This document shows positions 45,075 through 57,700 of a stretch of DNA of 64,000 bases, in pieces (position 1 is the first letter of the stretch; each line of letters starts with the position of its first letter). The notes under the pieces were generated by a model. That model made no database searches. It was given only the letters and a program-made list of their open reading frames with translations, and was not told the origin of the DNA. The position numbers were made by a program, and so were the translations under genes. The DNA comes from Basidiobolus meristosporus CBS 931.73 (taxonomy: Eukaryota; Fungi; Basidiobolomycota), in contig MCFE01000289.1 of assembly GCA_002104905.1 (NCBI GenBank), positions 1 through 64,000 of the forward strand, read 5' to 3'.

Positions 45075-46797
45075 ATGACTGTTCGTCTCTTTACCCGTAT
45101 TAACTCACTCAGCACCTTCCGCTCCCAAGCCCGTAAATTGGCTTTGACCCCCTCTAGCCTTCGTTACCAAGGATTCAGAGCCCTATCTGCTGTTCCCGAA
45201 GGTAGATGTGAGCGATGAAAATTTTAATCCTATCCATTTATTAACATGATTGTAACGATTCTAGTCGCCGAGTCCTCCACCAGCAGCAAAGTTCTTACCC
45301 TCGAGAACCTTAACCCCAGAGTGAAAAGTGTAGAATATGCCGTTCGTGGTGAAATTGCCATTTTGGCCGACACCCTTAAGAATGTAAGTTCTCTATCCTT
45401 GGTGACTGATACCTAGGTTGGCTACTTATGTTCTTCTCCACCAGAAACTGGCCCAAGGTGCTCAATTGCCATTCAAGGAGATTACCAACATTAACATCGG
45501 TAATCCTCAGCAATTGAAGCAAAAGCCCATTACCTTCTTCCGCCAAGTCGCCTCACTGGTAGAAAACCCCGAACTTCTATCTGACGAAAACAGAGAGAAG
45601 GTTGAGGCTCTTTACCCCAAGGACACTATTGAGCGTGCCAAAAAATTGGTTGCCAGTGCTGGTGGCAGTGTCGGTTCCTACAGCCACTCCATGGGAATCC
45701 CATACATCCGTGAGCAGGTTGCCAAGTTCATCGAGAGGCGTGATGGTTTCTCCTCCGATCCCGATTCCATCTTCCTTACTGCCGGTGCTTCTCCAGCAGT
45801 TCAATTGGTTTTGCAATGCATGATTGACAAGCCAGAGGTTGGAGTTTTGATCCCAATTCCCCAATACCCTCTCTACACTGCCTCCCTTGCCTTGTTCAAT
45901 GGACAGCCAGTTCCTTACTACTTGGATGAGGAGAATGCCTGGGGAATGAACATTGCTGACTTGAAGAAGTCCGTGGATGAGGCCAGACGTAATGGTACCG
46001 ACGTTCGTGCACTTGTCATCATCAACCCTGGAAACCCCACCGGACAATGCTTAACTGAGGAGAATATGCGCGATGTCATAGATTTCTGCCAACGTGAAAG
46101 ACTTGTTCTCTGCGCCGATGAGGTCTACCAAACTAATATCTACGTCCCCGAAGAAAGACCTTTCCACTCATTTAAGAAGGTTCTCAAGAGCATGGGATCA
46201 AGCTACGAGAATGTTGAGCTCTTCTCGTTCCACTCCATTTCCAAGGGTATGATCGGAGAATGTGGTAGACGTGGTGGATATGTCGAGTGCACCGGAATTG
46301 ACCCCAAGGTTATCGACCAGATGTACAAGATCTCTTCTATCTCTCTTTGCCCCAATGTTCAAGGCCAGGTTATGATGGAGCTGATGGTCAACCCTCCTCA
46401 ACCTGGGGAGCCTTCATACGAACTATACAAGAATGAAATGGACGACATTTACACCTCCTTGATCAGAAGAAGCACCAAATTGGCCTCTGCCTTCAATGGC
46501 TTGGAGGGCGTTACCTGCAACAAAGCTGAAGGAGCTATGTACCTCTTCCCTCAAATCCGTCTCCCCGCCAAGGCCATCGAGGCCGCCAAAGCTGCTGGTA
46601 AACAGCCCGATGCCTTCTACAGCTTGGAGATGTTGAAGGAGACCGGTGTTTGCGTCGTCCCTGGATCCGGCTTTGGCCAGCAAGAAGGCACCTGGCATTT
46701 CCGTGCCACCTTCCTTCCACCTGAGCACACCTTCGATGAGTTCATCAACCTTCTTGAGAACTTCCACAAGAAGTTCATGTCTACCTACAGAGATTAA
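45075..46797 (+). CDS. ALT1: Alanine aminotransferase with mitochondrial targeting peptide, two introns
   Basis: VEYAVRGE, NIGNPQ, GSYSHSMG, PIPQYPLY, INPGNPTG, ADEVYQ, FHSISKG..GECGRRGG (PLP lysine), GAMYLFP, VVPGSGFGQ, HFRATFLP. Confidence 0.96.
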
Positions 46798-47094
46798 GCA
46801 TGGATCATTCTAGATTAACGCCATCAATCTTACTCAGGTAACATCAACACTGTCACATTCACACCTCTAGCATTTCACCCCGTATTCCCTACTGTATACA
46901 ATACCTACATACGGAATAAATACGATATTCCTTCGCCTTTCCAGCATTTGTTTATGAGCAATTTATTAAGCAAAGTCTAGTTTCAATCTCCCAAGAGCTA
47001 TATGTATATGTACATAGATCATATATTACGCTTTGGTATGCCGCAGAATTTTAGGATTCAAGTCTAAAACCCGTAACTGAGAGGGCCGTGGTGA

Positions 47095-47815
47095 TTAATA
47101 AAGACGTTGAGGTTTGCCCATGGAGCTCTTGATGTAAAGAGACTTGACGTTTTGCCAGTTCTTCTTCAGGAGGGAAACCAAGAAGTTGACTGACAACATG
47201 ATGTTACCGAGAAGTTGGTCCTCAGTCATTTGGACATGGCCGACCGCGACACCGAGGCAAAGAACCTTCTTAAGCTGGAACTTGATGGTGGAGCGAAGTT
47301 CGTTGGCCTTGTCGGACAAATTGTCGTTGTGGGAAACGGGGGTGGGGAATTTACCGGCCTTGTGGAGACCAGGGCCCAGAAGACGAGGGATTTGCTTAAT
47401 CAAAGCTTCAGAAGCAAGGAAAGCATCGAACTTCTTGGCGAGCTTCTTGATAAGCTTCTTGTTCTTGTTCAACTTCTTCAAATCCTCGACGGACATAGAT
47501 TCCAAACCTTGCTCCTTGGCTTGATCGCAGTGATGAGCATCACCAAGAACACAGACCGACATCTTGGGGCGGGGGACATTGGGAAGCTTGATGGTACCAG
47601 AGAAACGTTTGTCACGTTGGGGATCGTAGTTCTTGAGACCGATCTGGAGCTCGACGGTTTCGGTGAACTTACGGGTCTTCTCTTGGGATTCAGCCAAGAC
47701 AATGCGGACGCTCTCTCTCACGGCAGCGACGGAGACTTTGCTACTGTAGTATCGGGCGCATGTTAATGATGATTGATGGATGAACGCGCACCTAATCGAT
47801 ATCTGCGTACCTCAT
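47095..47815 (-). CDS. RPL1: 60S ribosomal protein L1/L10a (uL1), one intron
   Basis: ATGAG|intron|TAGC...; [63 protein letters not shown]. Confidence 0.98.
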
Positions 47816-48038
47816 GTTGTTTGTTGATTTGTCGAAACAAAAAAGGAGGCCGGCACACACTTATGCAAGGCAAATATTTAACCCTGCTGCCAATACACCA
47901 AGATAAACAATTTGTTTAAGAGCAGGGCAACGGCGCCCATAATTTGATTAACATAGTCGAAAAAAAAGAAAAAAACCCTTCCCTTGGGTTACAAGACCAC
48001 GCTGTACGTAGACTCTCCCCAGGACTCCCTAGAGCAAC

Positions 48039-48488
48039 ATGTTATTCTGTCCGTCGTGTTCGAACCTTCTGCTCATCTCCAACGACACCGGTTCGAACCA
48101 CTTTTACTGCCAAACATGTCCCTACATGTTTCCCGTGACCAGGACGGTGGGTGGTTTTGTCCAGCATTCCGGCGACATCGGCTCGAGATACTGATCTTTT
48201 CCTCTTCCAGCATGCCACCAGGAACGTGTTGAAGCGTAAGGAGGTCGATGATGTCCTCGGTGGAGAAAAAGCCTGGGCCAATGTGGATTCCATCGAAAGT
48301 ATGTCTTGTCCTAGTTGCCTGTTACCATTGGTTGCTTTGCTAAATCCCCTCGTGTAGCTTCTTGTCCAAAGTGTGAACATCCTCGCGCGTACTTCTTGCA
48401 GATCCAAATCCGTTCGGCCGATGAACCCATGTCCACGTTCTACAAGTGCTGTAACCATGAGTGCCAACACCAGTGGAAGGAGAAATAA
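48039..48488 (+). CDS. RPC11: RNA polymerase III subunit C11, two introns
   Basis: MLFCPSCSNLL...FYCQTCPY|...LKRKEVDDVLGG...|CPKCEHPRAYFLQIQIRSADEPMSTFYKC. Head-to-head with RPL1 across 223 bp. Confidence 0.95.
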
Positions 48489-48997
48489 TTCGCCAGCATC
48501 CGAGGGGCATCTACCACTAGAGAGACTAGGGCTTGGTGCATCCTCAGATAACTTAATGACTAAATCATGTTGCGATTTATTAAATGGAATGTACAGTAAT
48601 AAACATATGCACCAATGCAGGGCTGTGCCATTGAAGGATGGTCAGGAATGGCAACCATTCCAACTTGTTTGCACAAAGGAAGTCCTACCAGATTTGAGAG
48701 TTCTTATCTGCCATGCAATTTCCTACTTATTGGCTTCCAGGGTACGTGATCGATTTGGGATGGGAATGGGATGGGAATGGGATTTGGCTAATTGAAAATT
48801 CATGGCTTCCTGTTTGGGCAAACAATCTCCATTAACCTTAACTCACACCGTCCCAGCCCAAGAATAGTGTTTATCCTTGCGCTAGGCTCTTCGTTTGTTT
48901 CCGTCCCTACTCGAGGCTTGCATCCATCCGAGCTTTTCTATGAATTCCGCAAGTGGAGTGCAGGCTGGTACTGCGTCTAGCAGTACCGATAGTGATA

Positions 48998-51391
48998 ATG
49001 GTTGGGGCGATGTTTATTCATTCAACTGCCACATTCTCCACCCAGATAATATGAGCTAACCTGAACATTTTACTTCTTACTATTCAAGAGTTCTCAAGGT
49101 GCCATGTTTGTTCCAAGCCCGCCTTATTCATGTGCAGCGCATGCGGCTCTTCTGTTCAGTACTGTTCGGAAGGGTGCCAAAAAGAAGACTGGCCACAGCA
49201 CATCCAGACTTGCAGGAGGATAGCTGAGACAAATCGAGACAGCGGTAGAATTCGCTTTACCCATTCCTCTGCACTCGAGAAACTATACTCATCGCTGCCT
49301 TTATTTCACACCAAGCAGATGCTTCAGATATTAGCCAGGTAGGCCAGCTCAGCGCTCGCGTTGCTATTCTCTTGCTTACAATTCCCTTCGACGTAGATGA
49401 CTTACGGCGACAGTCGACATAGCCAAGTTCCTTTCAACCAGAGCCCGCCTGTCGAGGATTCGCCGGAAGAGCAAAAAAGCGAACTTCAGTTCTACACGGC
49501 GCAAATTTACCAGATCATTAAACCTGTGCTCTGCTGCATCATACTCTCCATAGTGTGGGTCAAGATTTCGATGTCGGGGAGTGACTACCGGTCAGTATAC
49601 CCTAAGCGCTGCTAGACACACTAGGTTTAACGGCTTTCTTGTCGCAGACCGGCCCCATCTGGCTATGCAGTATACAACGAATCCGGAACCGGCTCCAGCT
49701 CCGATCGATTCGTGGGCTCTCTGTTGAACGCCTTGATCATCATTGGCCAGGTGGTAGTATCCACGTTCATCATTGTGTGTCTATTCAAGTTTGGATATAT
49801 CAAGGTAAATGCGGGGTGGCTTTGTGACTGTTTGTCTCCGTCTGATGAGCCTTCCCACTGTAGATATTGATCGGATTTTTCATTCTGGTTGTAACCACGC
49901 TACTGGGATTCATGGGATACTTGCTCGCATTGTAGGACCTACTGAGACGAGGCATATCGTTCCAACTGATGTTGATTTGGCCATTGTAGGAATCTCTTGC
50001 AGGTGTTCAATTTCGGCTTGGATTACATCACCCTTGTGTTTTGTCTCTACAACTTTGCCGCCGTCGGGCTGGTGGTGATATTCTGGAAAGGGCCGTTGCT
50101 GCTTCAGCAGATCTACCTGACCATCATGTCCTCGCTAATGGTAAGTGTGTGGGTGACTGCCCGTGGCGCTTTTGGCTGCTGACGATTCTCCCGATAGGCT
50201 TTCTCTCTGACTGGGCTTCAAGAGTGGACAACCTGGATGCTACTTGGGCTTCTGGCTATATGGGGTATGTCTTTCTTTTAATTGCATCTTGACGTATGCG
50301 CTGTGACGAATTCAATAGACCTTATTGCCGTACTTTGTCCATACGGCCCCCTGCGCATGCTTGTCGAGTCATCGAGAGAGCAGCAGAGAGATGTTCCGGC
50401 TTTACTCTATTCAGGCAAGTGACACTCCGCATCTCCAAAGTCGCCCGCCTCTGATCATCAGGCTAACCCATTCTTAGTGGGAAGCATCGTTTGGCTGATG
50501 GCAACAAATCTATCTGGATACGAACCGGTGCGCACCGGTAGCGACGAGTCTGGCGGCGGGCCATCCGAGTTGGAGTATTCACAATCCTCAGCCTCCCCCA
50601 ACCTTCGGAATTTGCATCCCAATTCCCTTTCTGCTGCGTCGTCCGCCCACCGTCCGTTTGATCAAGCCTCGGCTGCAAAGCTAGAGAACCCCTTCTTGGA
50701 AAGCACCGACTATCATCCCGATAGGCGAGAGATCAGCAGCGCCTCCACCAGCTCCACCAGCACTATCCTCGTCAGGCAATCCTCACTGATGCCTCGGGAA
50801 GAAGAGGTTCCTATGCAACCTCGGAGCGATTCTGAAAGCAACCTACTCTCCGTCTCTGGTGCAGCAACTACCCCCACTGGGAATCGGCAAGAACCCCCGG
50901 AGCCTGAAAACGGGGAAGATGGAGGTGAAGTGTTCTCCCATACGCACTTCCTTTCGAAAGCAAAGCTAACCCTTAACGGGACCATATGCAGATGAGCGAA
51001 GCGGGTTGAAGCTTGGCCTAGGGGACTTCGTGTTCTACAGCGTGCTGATAGCCAGAGCATGTGCGTAGGTTCAAGGAATTTATTGACAAGGACGATGTCT
51101 AAATCGTATTGCATTCTTCTGCAGCAATGTCCGATTGGATAACCACCATTTCGTGCTTGGTGGCCGTCATGACGGTTAGTACCTTGTTTAAAGTGGTCCG
51201 AGTGATAACTAACCTCCGATCATGGGCATTTCAAGGGATTGAACGCCACCATCTTTTTGCTGGCCATCGCGAGGAAGGCACTACCGGCGCTCCCGATCTC
51301 CATTGCCTTCGGAATACTGTTCTATTTTGTGTCCAGCATCATGCTTGTCCCATATGTCCAAGCACTTTCCATAGTTCAAATCATGATATAG
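48998..51391 (+). CDS. PSEN: Presenilin (gamma-secretase catalytic subunit, peptidase A22A) with N-terminal zf-MYND domain, multi-exon
   Basis: Presenilin hallmarks: IIKPV TM1, [26 protein letters not shown], acidic loop, [25 protein letters not shown]: [26 protein letters not shown]. In-frame splice path through micro-exon 49316-49338. Start codon (48998) tentative. Confidence 0.9.
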
Positions 51392-52208
51392 CTGGAAGTC
51401 TGGCTGCTTCCCCACCCCACCCCACCACAACTTCCATCTCCACCTCAACCCAGCAGTAATACTCCATAGATAGCTGGCCAAATTATTTCCAACCCGTAAT
51501 AAGCTATAATACAACCACTGCACTGATCCACCCTCACTCTACAGTTGTTTCTGCTTTTGACACGGGAGTCTCGCATCGCTGGTCACAGGTGAAATTAGAT
51601 TGTGTCCAGAATTCGAGCCCTATTGAAACCGAGGGGTGAGGGGTGCTTTATTGGTGGGTGTTGCCTTTCTCTAGGATGCTGGCCCATTCGTATATTGTGC
51701 ATCGCGGTTCCAGATCTGCTGTTCAGATGTCCTTATCCATCATGACGCTAACCAAACTGTAGTCAGCATCTGTTCATAGACGAGCCTGTATTGACCAAAA
51801 ATAGATAATTTCGGTGGTCATCTCTACATGAAACCTCATTTATTAATGGACGCGCTGAAAGCTTGGTCAATGTACTTTATATCGCCCACTAAGATGCGTA
51901 TCGAATACTGGTGGATCGATTGGACGCCTTCTCGCCATCATGGTTCAGCCACTGCCATCCACATTCCCATCGTTAACTTCGTCTCTCCGCCAACAGATCC
52001 AAACAATCGATCCTCACCAAAGGATTATCGGATAGATTATTTGCATAATTGAGGCGATCAATATGCCTGGATCTCGAAAAATATCCATTGTGCCCTTCTC
52101 TGTTTCAGATCGGATGGTGTGAGGCGGTTAGAAATCCCTTCAGACCGATGGTTCGTCTCCACATCAACTGCCACCCCACTTTGCTCCACACCTTATAACC
52201 CTTGACTC

Positions 52209-52632
52209 ATGGGAAATTCCTACCAAAAAAGAATCGCCGAGCTTGAGCGCCTAGAAAGAGAGAGCAAGGAGAAGGAGAAGCGTCGTGTCGAGTCACCTCC
52301 CCTCGACTTGCAAGAGCTTGATCTGACCACCCATTTCATGGAGCACTTCTCGGAATCCGAGTCGAACTTGCATTACGAAGAGCCGACCGAACGCATGCTT
52401 CGCCGCTTCCAGCAAGCTATAGAAAATCGGCACTTCCATCAACAACTACTGATCTCTCAAGCTGTGCTTCGTAGCCGCATCCGACACAGACTGGAGGTAA
52501 GTGGGGTATGGTCGAACCATGCAGCTTGACCCCCGACTGAGCAGGGTTTCCCGCATACTCTAGACCTCTGAGAATAACTTGAGCGAAAGGCGAGCCCGTT
52601 ATCCTGGGGACGCCGACATGGAGGAAGTCTGA
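52209..52632 (+). CDS. Hypothetical protein (coiled-coil N-part), possibly with upstream exons
   Basis: 106-aa ORF with GTAAGT donor at about 52497 and an in-frame downstream exon (TSENNLSERR...MEEV*). No recognisable domain. Confidence 0.35.
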
Positions 52633-53394
52633 TGCTGGTCCCCAGCTCCGACAGGGAAAACCTAGTTGGCGTGGCGTTCGCATCCATCCAGAGAACGGCG
52701 CTCCCGTATCCAAACGTTTCTTGTCCGCCCGCAACCTTGGTATTTCATGCTAAAGACCATATCTATCTAGGAAGTGTTACCCCTCCCCTCCCCTCCCCTC
52801 ACTTATTACCCTGTATTATTTGTATATTGATTCATACCTAAGCATGTTTTTTTGCTGAGCATTCCTATAAAATGACTTCACCACACTTCAACACATCTTG
52901 GCTGTTTCGTATGGATCATGTGGGCCGATTCCATTCTGTATTCCACCACGGTGTATATGAGGATGTCTCCATCCACAACCCCGGAACCGTAGAGTTCGGA
53001 GTGGCATATTCCGGATCTTTTCCTGTTTGAGGGAATTTCTCACGCTTGTCTAAATTTAGCCGTCAAACCTCGCATTTCAGATCCACCCCACAAACTAAGT
53101 GGTCGAGTGAATTACCCAGTGGAGCTGTTGTTCGCACCCACCGCGCACACTCGCCCCCGATTGACTGGTTCCCAAGAAGACTCTACCCACCTTAGCCAGG
53201 GTGAGACACGATCGTGGATATGGCAGTGGGGTAATTACCCGGGTCAGGCAGAGCGGGTGGGTGTAACCTAGCCTTTAAAAGTTAATTCACTTTTTTGTAC
53301 GCAGCGTGAAACATGCGGTTGATTCGGTGCTGCTCGGCCACCGCTATAAATCCCGCTCCACCGCATGCGACCACCTCATATCACTCATTCTGCC

Positions 53395-54756
53395 ATGGCG
53401 GATGCTTTCAGCGAGAAGGACGGTTTCAAGCCCACGATGAAGGGCGAAGGACAGGGGGTGGGCGTCGAGGTCTTCGAAGACATCGAAGGAACCACTTCTG
53501 CGAAGAAGGCGTTCCTGCTGTTGATCAAGGCCTTCGTTGGTACCGGGATCCTCTTCCTGCCCAAGGCCTTTTCCAACGGTGGCTTGATCTTCTCGATGAT
53601 CGTGCTCTCGGTGGTGGCAACCATCACGGCGGTGGCCATGCTGCTTCTGGTCAAGGTGCGACTTCAAGTCCCCGGGAACTTCGAGGACATCGGAGGGAAG
53701 CTCTACGGTAAACCAATGAAAATCGTCGTCATGACCTCGATCACCATATCCCAGGTAAATCTCTTCCGCCAACCTGTCTCCTCACGTCCCCCACCCCACC
53801 CTAACCTCTCCATCCATTAGATGGGCTTCTGCTGTGCTTATTTCATCTTTGTGGCCCAGAATCTATACGACCTCACCCACTCGTTGTCGAACTGTAGCGT
53901 AGACATCCCGGTGATCTATTTCATCCTGCTCCAGCTGGTGGTGTACATGCCCTTCTCCCTGGCCCGAAAGATCAAGGCGTTCTCTTACACCGCTTTGCTG
54001 GCGGATGTTTTCATCCTGATCGGCATCGTCTACATCCTCTACAGGGACATTGACAAGCTGACCACCGTGGGCACCGGGGACATCCAGCTCTTCAACAGCA
54101 AGGATTACCCGCTGTTCATCGGGACCGCTTTGTTTAGCTACGAGGGAATCGGCTTGGTGCTGCCCGTTGTCAACTCCATGAAGGAGCCCAGACGGTTCCC
54201 CGCCGTCCTGGCATGTGTCATCGTGTGTGCCACGGTGGTGTTCGTCGCGGTGGGTGCCATCTCCTACGCCGCCTTTGGCAACGTGACCGAGACGATCATT
54301 CTGATGAACATGCCAGTGGGTCACTCGATGACCATCACCGTACAATTCCTGTACGTATTCGCCATCATCCTGACCCTTCCGCTGATGCTGTTCCCGGCCA
54401 TCGATATCCTTGAGCAGGGCCTGTTCCGTAAGAGATCAGGCAGAGCCTCGACCATGGTGAAGTGGCAGAAGAACCTCTTCCGTATCCTCCTCTGCCTGGC
54501 GCTGGCCATGATTGCCTGGGGCGGCGCCTCGAACCTGGACAACTTCGTCGCCTTGATCGGCGGCTTTGGGTGTATCCCCTTGCTCTTCATCTACCCAGCC
54601 ATGTTCCACTACAAGGCGGTGGCGACCAAGCGTGTGTACAGGATCTGCAATGGGTTGATGATCGTCTTTGGCTTCGCCGTCATGGTATTCGTCACCTACA
54701 TCAGTATCCGAAGCTGGTCCACCGCCGAGGTGGTCAACCATTGTACAGCTCATTAG
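53395..54756 (+). CDS. Amino acid/auxin permease (AAAP) transporter, Avt3/Avt4-like, one intron (53755-53820)
   Basis: LLIKAFVGTGILFLPKAF..GG, Q.GFCCAYFIFV, GTALFSYEGIGLVLP...MKEPRRF, YAAFG, PLMLFPA, VALIG. About 11 TM segments. Confidence 0.92.
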
Positions 54757-57700
54757 CATTACTCAGTGATTGCCATTCAATGATCCCCCTTCCCAATCTA
54801 CCCCATCTGCCCTTTCCCGGGCCACGAATGGATTTCCCTGAGGCCGATTTGGGGTTGGGGTCGATAGCCAACGTTGCGGTATTCCCCCCCCCTCCCCGTG
54901 ACACGTCGCACCTTGATCCGTTAATTTGCTCTGTTGAATACGTTACACTGGCACATCTTTATTCCCCAAATTGGCCCCTACACCATATATACCAATAAAT
55001 GGCTGATCCCAACCACAGCAACCTTTGACTGACACCTCGTTCCTTAGCGGGTCGTCCTCCCTTCCACTCTAGGGTGGGGGGTTTGCGGAGGGGGTGTTCC
55101 ATCGATCGCAACTGTCAAACTTCCGGCCCATTCATTGCTGATCCACCTGATTCGTAGGCCCAACGCTTCACAGAGTGCCATCGCTTGCCTCGTCCCTGGC
55201 CAATCATACGCGGCTCGGCTTGTTTATACGCCGTAGGCTTATTGGTGGTGGATCGTGTGGAACTCTCGCGCATGCCTACCTTTGGAAGGAACTGGCTTGG
55301 CGCGCATCAAAATAATCGGCCAACCCTCATCGCTTCCACCCTTCATCAGACGTGGTCGATTCGGAGGAGTTTCGGACATGTCGAGTGCCACTGGTGGACT
55401 TGGTGGGTGTTTCATCGTGGGAGTGGGGGCGGGGCTGGCAATGCTCTTGCTGAACCAAATCGCCTGGACGAATGGTTGTGTCAAGCCTTGACTTTATCAC
55501 CTGCCAAATCGGTAAGGGGTTGTTGGTATGACTGGAGAAAATTCCGGTCAAGTGTGGAGTGGCTTTGGTGGTGGTAACCTTGACAATAGTGATGCAGTCA
55601 ATGGTTGGTGTCCAACTGGTCTCTCTGTGGGTCTCTTCACCCTTGGATCCTGAAATGATTTGGTTGAGGGAGCTCTCATTTGTGTGTGCATATTACCATT
55701 CCAAAATTCCACTGTGGGCATCTTAATAAACCCTGGACTTCTTGATGTTGTTGCTCTGCCCACCTGTGGGATCTCCACTCTGTCTACAATGGAGGATGCG
55801 GAGACTGTGGTAGTAGAAGTACCTTTCTCTGTAAGCTCATCAACCTCACTGGAGCATGGTACCACTGGCTGCCCTTCAATCTCTTGTGAAAATAGCTGTT
55901 GTCTTGTTGGTAATTCTTCTTGGCTGTTCTAGGAATTGCACTGTTCTTGGTTGACAGTGCTGATTATCAAATACTTCAGCTTTTGTCTCACACTTCTCTG
56001 TCTCCAACTTAGCCAGACTTTCCTTTCTTTCCCTTATCACTGCCAGGACCTCACCTGCCACTGAATACTTGTTGTATTGTGTTATGTATTTTCCTGATGA
56101 ATGCTGCAATGGTGCTTCTATCTCTGATTGCTCTTCTCCAGCTGGCACTCTTCCAACCACCTGACATTTCACTGCCACTTGTTAAGAGCTCCCAATCTTA
56201 CATGAGATGGGCCTTAGAGGAAGCTACAGGTTTTTTGCCATGGTAACCTAGTCTTTTTGCCATTTGTAGTAGCAATTATTCTTGGAATATCTTCTTAGCA
56301 TACCAATGATGGCCCAAAATCACCTTGCTTGTTTGAAAGCAGGATACTACTTATGAAACAGATCAAGCACATACTGATTGGCCTTTGGCTCTACATAGTG
56401 CCAAGGAGAACTGTCCTTTAAATAACTGTGTGCAGAGCTCACACAGCCTCCTGAGTATCAGCCCAATTATAATCATTGCACTTGACTGTATCTTAGATCA
56501 TCAGTGTCCATTGACTTTTAGGCACTAGTATATATATTGTAGTCTCTCCCTCTCATACTGGAATAGGTATTTCTATGGGCATTATCTTTAGGCACTGGTG
56601 ATGTGCTTCAAAGACTGTACCATCCCTATGAAGAATAATTGCAATGATCCTGTCAAAAGGCCATCACAATGCTTAATTTCCACAACTAAGAGGTCCTTAT
56701 GAAAAAAATAATTGTGATGATCCCATCAAAAGCCCTTTACAAAATTTAAATTCTGTAACTAATAGGCATTGATGCCATCAGGGCACTGTGAAAAAAACTT
56801 TTGAAAAAAAGTTGCACCTCAGATTTCCTGAAAAACTTGATCAAATTCTTCATCACAACAATACATAAGTGGCTTTTGATTGTTTCTCTGCCATTCCTCT
56901 CACTTTCCAGTCCTGGATACTGAGTCATCTTTTATGCTTGTGTACAAGGATTGGCTATTCCCTCTTTCTCCTACTCCTTAATTACAAGCTCAACCTGTCC
57001 TCATACTTTTCATACACATAATTGGTATATTTCCTTTGGATATTCAGACATAACTCAATAGTAGATTGTACTAACCCATACAAGTCCTTATACCCAACAC
57101 TAAGATTAATTCAGCCTCATACTCAATAAGTAACTCCATTAAATTCCACCATTCAATAATACTGCTGGCCAAATGTTCTTTGCCCATGACTTAGCAGGAG
57201 CCCTGTGACTTTATGTCATTGATAACTTTTTGAGTTCTTGATGTTATTACTTTGTCTGTCAGTGGGATCTCCACTCTGTTAACAATGGAGGATGTGGAGG
57301 CTGCCATAGACAAATTGCCTTTCTCTGCAAACTCATCTAACTCACTGGAGTGTAGCTCAACTGGTCACGCTTCCAACTCTTGTGAGAACTGCTGTTTTCT
57401 TGTTGATAGTTCTTCTTGGCCACAATGGGATTCAGTCTGTTCCAGGCTTAGAGCATTGATTGGCAAGAACTGCAGCTTTTCTTATGTTTCCCTGTCTCTG
57501 GCTTAGGTAGACTTTTCCCCTCTGACTATTCCTTTATCACTGCCAGGTCTTTCACTGCTACTTTCTCTAAGTGCTTCTTGTATTGAACTATATTTCTCCT
57601 TGATAAATGCTGCTCTGTTGCATCTGTCTTGGCCTGCTTGTCCCTTGCTGGCACTCTGTGGGCAGCCTAATGCTTCTTTTCTGCTTGTTTCAAGCTCTCA

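Noticed and set aside
47144-47766. Long + strand ORFs (126 and 183 aa) opposite RPL1
   Set aside because: Antisense shadows of a strongly codon-biased gene. No motifs. The same applies to 29603..30022, 31644..32646, 45577..46047 and 53863..54998.
19153-54756. Gene block as a functional or biosynthetic cluster
   Set aside because: Functions are unrelated housekeeping roles with no PKS/NRPS or pathway coherence. Head-to-head pairs reflect compact packing.
55185-55577. Short ORFs on both strands, one with a mitochondrial-carrier-like NPLPIWQVIKSRL
   Set aside because: The motif spacing does not fit Px[DE]xx[KR]xR and there is no supporting exon structure.
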